A DNA stretch of 34,865 bases from a virus, in IMG/VR virus record IMGVR_UViG_3300034375_011295. The stretch is one strand, 5' to 3'. How positions within the stretch are numbered: position 1 is the first letter of the stretch; the number at the start of each line of letters is the position of its first letter. Position numbers and translations under genes: made by a program. Under the pieces are notes generated by a model. The model did no database searches. It was given only the letters and a program-made list of their open reading frames with translations, and was not told the origin of the DNA. Shown here piece by piece: positions 31,813 through 34,865 of this stretch.

Positions 31813-32472
31813 ATGAGAGATATAAAAACACCAGACGAAATGGAAGCTCAAGCAATCGAACATAACATTTTGTTTTGGAATATAAGAGATTGCTCGATTT
31901 GTTCAGCACCAATTGGATATAATTTTAACCACACTACTAATAAAGTTTATTTTGATAGTAGTTGCGATTGTTCTCAATCCATTCCGAAAGAATCAGATTG
32001 GCAAGACGTTGCTAATCATTACAATAGCAAATCGCTTTCTCCAAATTTTAAAGAAGTGGAAAGATTTTGGAAATTTAATAATTTAGACAAAAAAGTTGAA
32101 TTATTTAATTTTGTGTTTAATGCAGGAATAGGAGAAGCAGATATAAAACATATTAAATCATTTTATTTAGATGAGATAAAACCATTTGTATTTAATTTAA
32201 TGCAAGAAAATCCTATGATAGCAGTAGCAATAAATGTTTATGCTTATAAAGGCGAGTTTGAATACTTTGTTAGAATCGTAGCCGAAGTAAGAGGAGGCAC
32301 AAAATATGACTATGTAACAATCCCAAGAACTTTTTTAAGAAAAGATTTACTAAACTCTAATGACAAGATGTTATTAAATAACTGGCTAAAAGAATTAACA
32401 AAGGAAAAGCCAGAACTTGACTTTTCAGGACGACCACCACAAGTAACCAAGGTGCAGGGAAATGGAGATTAA
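31813..32472 (+). CDS. Hypothetical protein with an N-terminal Cys cluster (219 aa)
   Basis: CSICSAP ... SSCDCS near the N-terminus. No family recognised. Confidence 0.7.
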   Translation: MRDIKTPDEMEAQAIEHNILFWNIRDCSICSAPIGYNFNHTTNKVYFDSSCDCSQSIPKESDWQDVANHYNSKSLSPNFKEVERFWKFNNLDKKVELFNFVFNAGIGEADIKHIKSFYLDEIKPFVFNLMQENPMIAVAINVYAYKGEFEYFVRIVAEVRGGTKYDYVTIPRTFLRKDLLNSNDKMLLNNWLKELTKEKPELDFSGRPPQVTKVQGNGD

Positions 32473-32782
32473 GTCAATAAATAATCGTGAATTTAGAGCA
32501 AAATTAAATTCACTAAAAAATGTCCCTTATGCTGTAACAAGCCATAGCAAAATATTAGGTTTTTATATTCCGATAGACTATTTAATAGAAGATTATCCAT
32601 CAATGCTTAAAACGATTGGGAACAATGCAATGTTATTTGAACTAAAAAAACATTTTCCACTTTTAAAAGTAAAATTTACAGATTGCTTTCAAAGATCAAT
32701 TGCTGAAAAAATATTAAAAGAATTAGAAGCTAAATATGGAAACACGCTACCAAAAGAAGAATTAATAAAAGCCCTCGAATGA
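32462..32782 (+). CDS. Hypothetical protein, N-terminus Phd/YefM-antitoxin-like (106 aa)
   Basis: IKSINNREFRAKLNSLKNVPYAVTSHSKILGFYIP resembles the Phd/YefM N-terminal strand-helix-strand pattern. Weak. Confidence 0.3.
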   Translation: MEIKSINNREFRAKLNSLKNVPYAVTSHSKILGFYIPIDYLIEDYPSMLKTIGNNAMLFELKKHFPLLKVKFTDCFQRSIAEKILKELEAKYGNTLPKEELIKALE

Positions 32783-32797
32783 GGGCTTTTATTTATA
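32767..32797. terminator. Bidirectional rho-independent terminator
   Basis: aaaagccctc (32767-32776), loop gaat, gagggctttt (32781-32790), T-rich tail. Overlaps the stops of the convergent genes 32462-32782 (+) and 32789-32956 (-). Confidence 0.85.
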
Positions 32798-32956
32798 ATC
32801 AGTTTTATAAAATCCAAATCCTTTGAAGACTGGATTGGAGCAAGAAACAATCGGTAACATTTTTCCACCACACTCACAATCAAAAATTTGCTTTTTCTTT
32901 TGCAAAATTTCCTCTTTTCTTGAGCATTTTTTACATTTATATTCAAATATTGGCAT
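32789..32956 (-). CDS. FmdB-family zinc-ribbon protein (55 aa), absent from the ORF track
   Basis: Hand translation gives MPIFEYKCKKCSRKEEILQKKKQIFDCECGGKMLPIVSCSNPVFKGFGFYKTDYK. This matches the FmdB/CxxC_CxxC_SSSS pattern: MPIYEY.C..C, a second CxC-GG pair, then FKGSGFY.TDY. It starts 3 nt after the upstream stop. Confidence 0.75.
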   Translation of the reverse strand: MPIFEYKCKKCSRKEEILQKKKQIFDCECGGKMLPIVSCSNPVFKGFGFYKTDYK

Positions 32957-32958
32957 AA

Positions 32959-33177
32959 TCAGTCCTCAACATTATCTTGAAAATATTTTCTGCGAATATT
33001 CCAAACTTCTTCATCAATACTATTTTCTGGATATGGTAGGACTGCATCAGCATCGCCACAATCAACATATCCATTAAAATACCCTAATTCAAAAAAAACT
33101 TTCTCTCGCCTCGTAATTGGCTCTAATTTTGAGTATTTTAAAAATTTATTATCTTCAAAGATATGATCTAAATTCAT
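32959..33177 (-). CDS. Hypothetical protein (72 aa from the ATG at 33177)
   Basis: The track ORF extends to 33222 and overlaps the J-domain gene. The ATG at 33177 lies 1 nt after that gene's stop (MNLDHIFEDNKF...). Confidence 0.6.
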   Translation of the reverse strand: MNLDHIFEDNKFLKYSKLEPITRREKVFFELGYFNGYVDCGDADAVLPYPENSIDEEVWNIRRKYFQDNVED

Positions 33178-33178
33178 T

Positions 33179-33520
33179 TCATTTCCAAATATTTTTATTA
33201 ATAATGTTAGATAAAATTCCACCAGCTAAATTTATTGTTTCTGTAACAATTTTTTTACCAGATTCTTTCATTTCAGGCGACATATTTTTTTTAATTTCAG
33301 TCCAATCAAGTGGCTTTTTTAGTGATTTTTCAAAAGATAACTTCTCTTTTTCGGCTAATTCTTTATATTTTTTATCTTTCTCAATTTCAATTTCTTTAAA
33401 AATTTCCTCTTGGATTTCTTTCTCAACTGGATCAGAAAATTTATCTGGATGATTAGCGACTTTTAATTCTTTTGCCAATTTTTCCACTTCTTCGGCAGTT
33501 TTGCAATTATCAAAATACAC
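33179..33520 (-). CDS. J-domain (DnaJ-like co-chaperone) protein (113 aa, GTG start)
   Basis: YFDNCKTAEEVEKLAKELKVANHPDKF fits J-domain helix II plus the invariant HPD tripeptide, followed by a helical charged region. AGGAGGAGG RBS lies 6 nt upstream of the GTG. Confidence 0.6.
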   Translation of the reverse strand: MYFDNCKTAEEVEKLAKELKVANHPDKFSDPVEKEIQEEIFKEIEIEKDKKYKELAEKEKLSFEKSLKKPLDWTEIKKNMSPEMKESGKKIVTETINLAGGILSNIINKNIWK

Positions 33521-34190
33521 TTACAACCTCCTCCTTATAAGTATCAAAAGCTAATCTGGGCTTATCTCCCAAATATCTATTTTTTTTGAATGAAGCTACC
33601 GATCGAGTACCATCATTTGCTAACCAAACAACAATATCTGGATTATGCTCCCACATTGTCGGACCTTGCATTTTCCCTTTTTTAGACTTGGTATAGTGTA
33701 AAACCACAATAAAGCTCTCTGGACGTGATTGAATGTAATCCCACATTTCTTTATGTTTATTTGTGGAAGCACCAGCTATCATTGAAACTGAATCAATTAC
33801 AACATATTTATAATTGCCTTGTTCCAAAATTTTAGTTAATTCAGAATAAAAATCAGCACCAACATCATCAATAATATCAATATACTGCAAACTAACTGGA
33901 GATAATCTCATTGTACGACATTTTTGTTGAATAGTCTTGCCACGTCGGAGTGGCTCTTCAATATTCAGATATAAACATCTATCTCCTTGCTTATTTCTGG
34001 AATTTTTGCCACAAAGTCTTGACATAAACCTCAATAAAAACGAGGATTTTCCAGCAAATGCTTCTCCAGAAACAGACATTACAAATGGATCATCATAAGG
34101 CAACATAAACAACCATTTCCTATACCTATGATCCATAGGCGTAGGAATTGATTTATCTTTTATAACTTTATTTAGTTGTTGTGTTTGCAT
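33510..34190 (-). CDS. RecA/KaiC/DnaB-C-terminal-like P-loop ATPase (Sak4/AAA_25-like) (226 aa)
   Basis: Walker A SGEAFAGKSSF. Walker B YKYVVIDSV. IVVLHYTK. A C-terminal KKNRYLG typical of RecA-superfamily members. Confidence 0.6.
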   Translation of the reverse strand: MQTQQLNKVIKDKSIPTPMDHRYRKWLFMLPYDDPFVMSVSGEAFAGKSSFLLRFMSRLCGKNSRNKQGDRCLYLNIEEPLRRGKTIQQKCRTMRLSPVSLQYIDIIDDVGADFYSELTKILEQGNYKYVVIDSVSMIAGASTNKHKEMWDYIQSRPESFIVVLHYTKSKKGKMQGPTMWEHNPDIVVWLANDGTRSVASFKKNRYLGDKPRLAFDTYKEEVVSVF

Positions 34191-34233
34191 AGTTAAGCCA
34201 AAAATACTAAAAAAATATCAGTAATACAAAATA

Positions 34234-34269
34234 TTATTTTGTTTTTATAAAAAAAATTTCATAGCTTTG
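34234..34269 (+). promoter_or_regulatory. Promoter candidate D: TTATTTTG-N20-TAGCTTTG, a paralogue of promoter A
   Basis: TTTG at 34238-34241 and TAGCTTTG at 34262-34269. TTCATAGCTTTGTAGTAA closely matches TTCATAGTTTTGCAGTAA of promoter A. Confidence 0.45.
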
Positions 34270-34274
34270 TAGTA

Positions 34275-34345
34275 ATAAATTTATATCCTCAAAAATTAAT
34301 TGAGATTAACCTTGTCAAGTCGTGAGATTTAGCAAGGTTTTTTTA
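34275..34345 (+). ncRNA. Candidate ~70-nt small RNA or attenuated leader, between promoter D and a hairpin with a T-run
   Basis: No ORF. Stem aaccttg (34308-34314) pairs with caaggtt (34333-34339), followed by ttttttt. The loop is long (18 nt), so the terminator is weak. Confidence 0.3.
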
Positions 34346-34416
34346 TTATATGTAAATACCCTCCAAATATGAACTTACTAAAAATCACTAAAAAAAATTA
34401 ATAAAATACTAAAATA

Positions 34417-34448
34417 TTTTTACTATTACTGAAACTTTTTTAGTTTAT
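34417..34448 (+). promoter_or_regulatory. Promoter candidate C (imperfect): TTTT-N20-TAGTTTAT with a TGAAACTTTTTT box
   Basis: The TGAAACTTTTTT box at 34430-34441 is identical to that in promoter B. GAAACTTTTTTAGT-N10-ATTAAC is shared with B at the same spacing. Confidence 0.4.
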
Positions 34449-34463
34449 AAGAGTATTAACTAT

Positions 34464-34497
34464 GTAATCATTTTTAAAAAGAGAGGAAAACAAAATG
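34464..34497 (+). promoter_or_regulatory. Second copy of the 34-nt leader (see 101-134)
   Basis: Identical 34-mer ending in the ATG of 34495-34824. Confidence 0.7.
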
Positions 34498-34824
34498 CAA
34501 AACACATATTATGTAATAATCAATCCCACCACACAAAAAAGATTAGCAAGTTATTATTTCGGTGCTTTTTGTGCTGGAGTTAAAGAAGTTTTTAGAATGA
34601 GAGATGATGAGTGGTTAGTGTTTAGGACTTATGAAGAAGCAATTTTGAAAATTGAAAGATTTAATAAAGATGTAGATAAGTGGCTAAATGAAAATATAAT
34701 GATAAGGCAATTACCAGACTGGGAAGCAGTTGGAAAAGCAGATGAATTTATAAAAGAAAGTAAAAATACTCATAAAAACTTAAAAAATTATATTGCCAGA
34801 TTGAAAATAGAAGAAGTTATTTAA
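34495..34824 (+). CDS. Hypothetical protein (109 aa)
   Basis: ORF with a GAGAGG RBS. Its last 86 nt fall in the terminal overlap. Confidence 0.8.
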   Translation: MQNTYYVIINPTTQKRLASYYFGAFCAGVKEVFRMRDDEWLVFRTYEEAILKIERFNKDVDKWLNENIMIRQLPDWEAVGKADEFIKESKNTHKNLKNYIARLKIEEVI

Positions 34825-34865
34825 TTAAAAAAAATATTGTAATCATTTTTAAAAAGAGAGGAAAA
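34739..34865. repeat. Terminal overlap identical to 1-127
   Basis: See feature 1-127. Confidence 0.95.

Noticed and set aside
32689-33452. Track ORFs 32689-32946 (-), 32823-33077 (+) and 33117-33452 (+)
   Set aside because: They are displaced by the FmdB zinc-ribbon ORF (32789-32956), the 72-aa ORF and the J-domain gene. Those genes have recognisable motifs, RBSs and tight coupling.
33510-34190. 226-aa P-loop protein as a PRD1-type (FtsK/HerA) genome-packaging ATPase
   Set aside because: Its size would fit. However, the VVIDSV Walker B, the HYTK and the C-terminal KNRYLG motif look RecA/DnaB/KaiC-like, and it sits with a J-domain gene in the early region. It is kept as an open alternative only.

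Overview
The window is a complete phage-like genome. Bases 1-127 are identical to 34739-34865, so the unit is about 34,738 bp and either closes into a circle or is terminally redundant. It is strongly AT-rich by eye (not computed) and almost fully coding. Layout: (i) A long minus-strand arm (23786 down to 773) carries virion, host-recognition and cell-wall functions. These include fibre-like proteins, three peptidoglycan hydrolases, an 880-aa multidomain protein with a ParB-like core, a transglutaminase-like cysteine-protease fold, a coiled-coil scaffold-like protein, beta-rich capsid candidates and many small membrane proteins. (ii) A divergent control region of about 850 bp (23787-24637) is full of GTGCA and GTGTTG repeats and holds one small minus-strand gene. 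(iii) A plus-strand early/replication arm (24638-32782) carries a Xis/MerR-like HTH, a DUF4373-like replisome organiser with an internal ori-like repeat cluster, a DnaB helicase, a DnaA-domain-IV-like HTH, a ParB/DGQHR-like protein and small membrane peptides. (iv) A short minus-strand operon (34190 down to 32789) encodes a RecA/KaiC-like P-loop ATPase, a J-domain protein, a small protein and an FmdB-type zinc ribbon missing from the ORF track. (v) Two plus-strand genes with a duplicated 34-nt leader span the circular junction. I recognised no tRNA, rRNA, CRISPR array, integrase or transposase. Four points stand out. First, there is no recognisable large terminase, portal, HK97-type capsid, tail tube or DNA polymerase. 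Second, about half of the virion-arm proteins carry transmembrane anchors. Third, three otherwise unrelated proteins share a near-identical N-terminal transmembrane leader. Fourth, a G-L-S tripeptide (plus G/T-M-S-D variants) recurs only in virion-arm proteins, suggesting a shared targeting or processing system. All functional calls come from motif recognition by eye; no searches were run.
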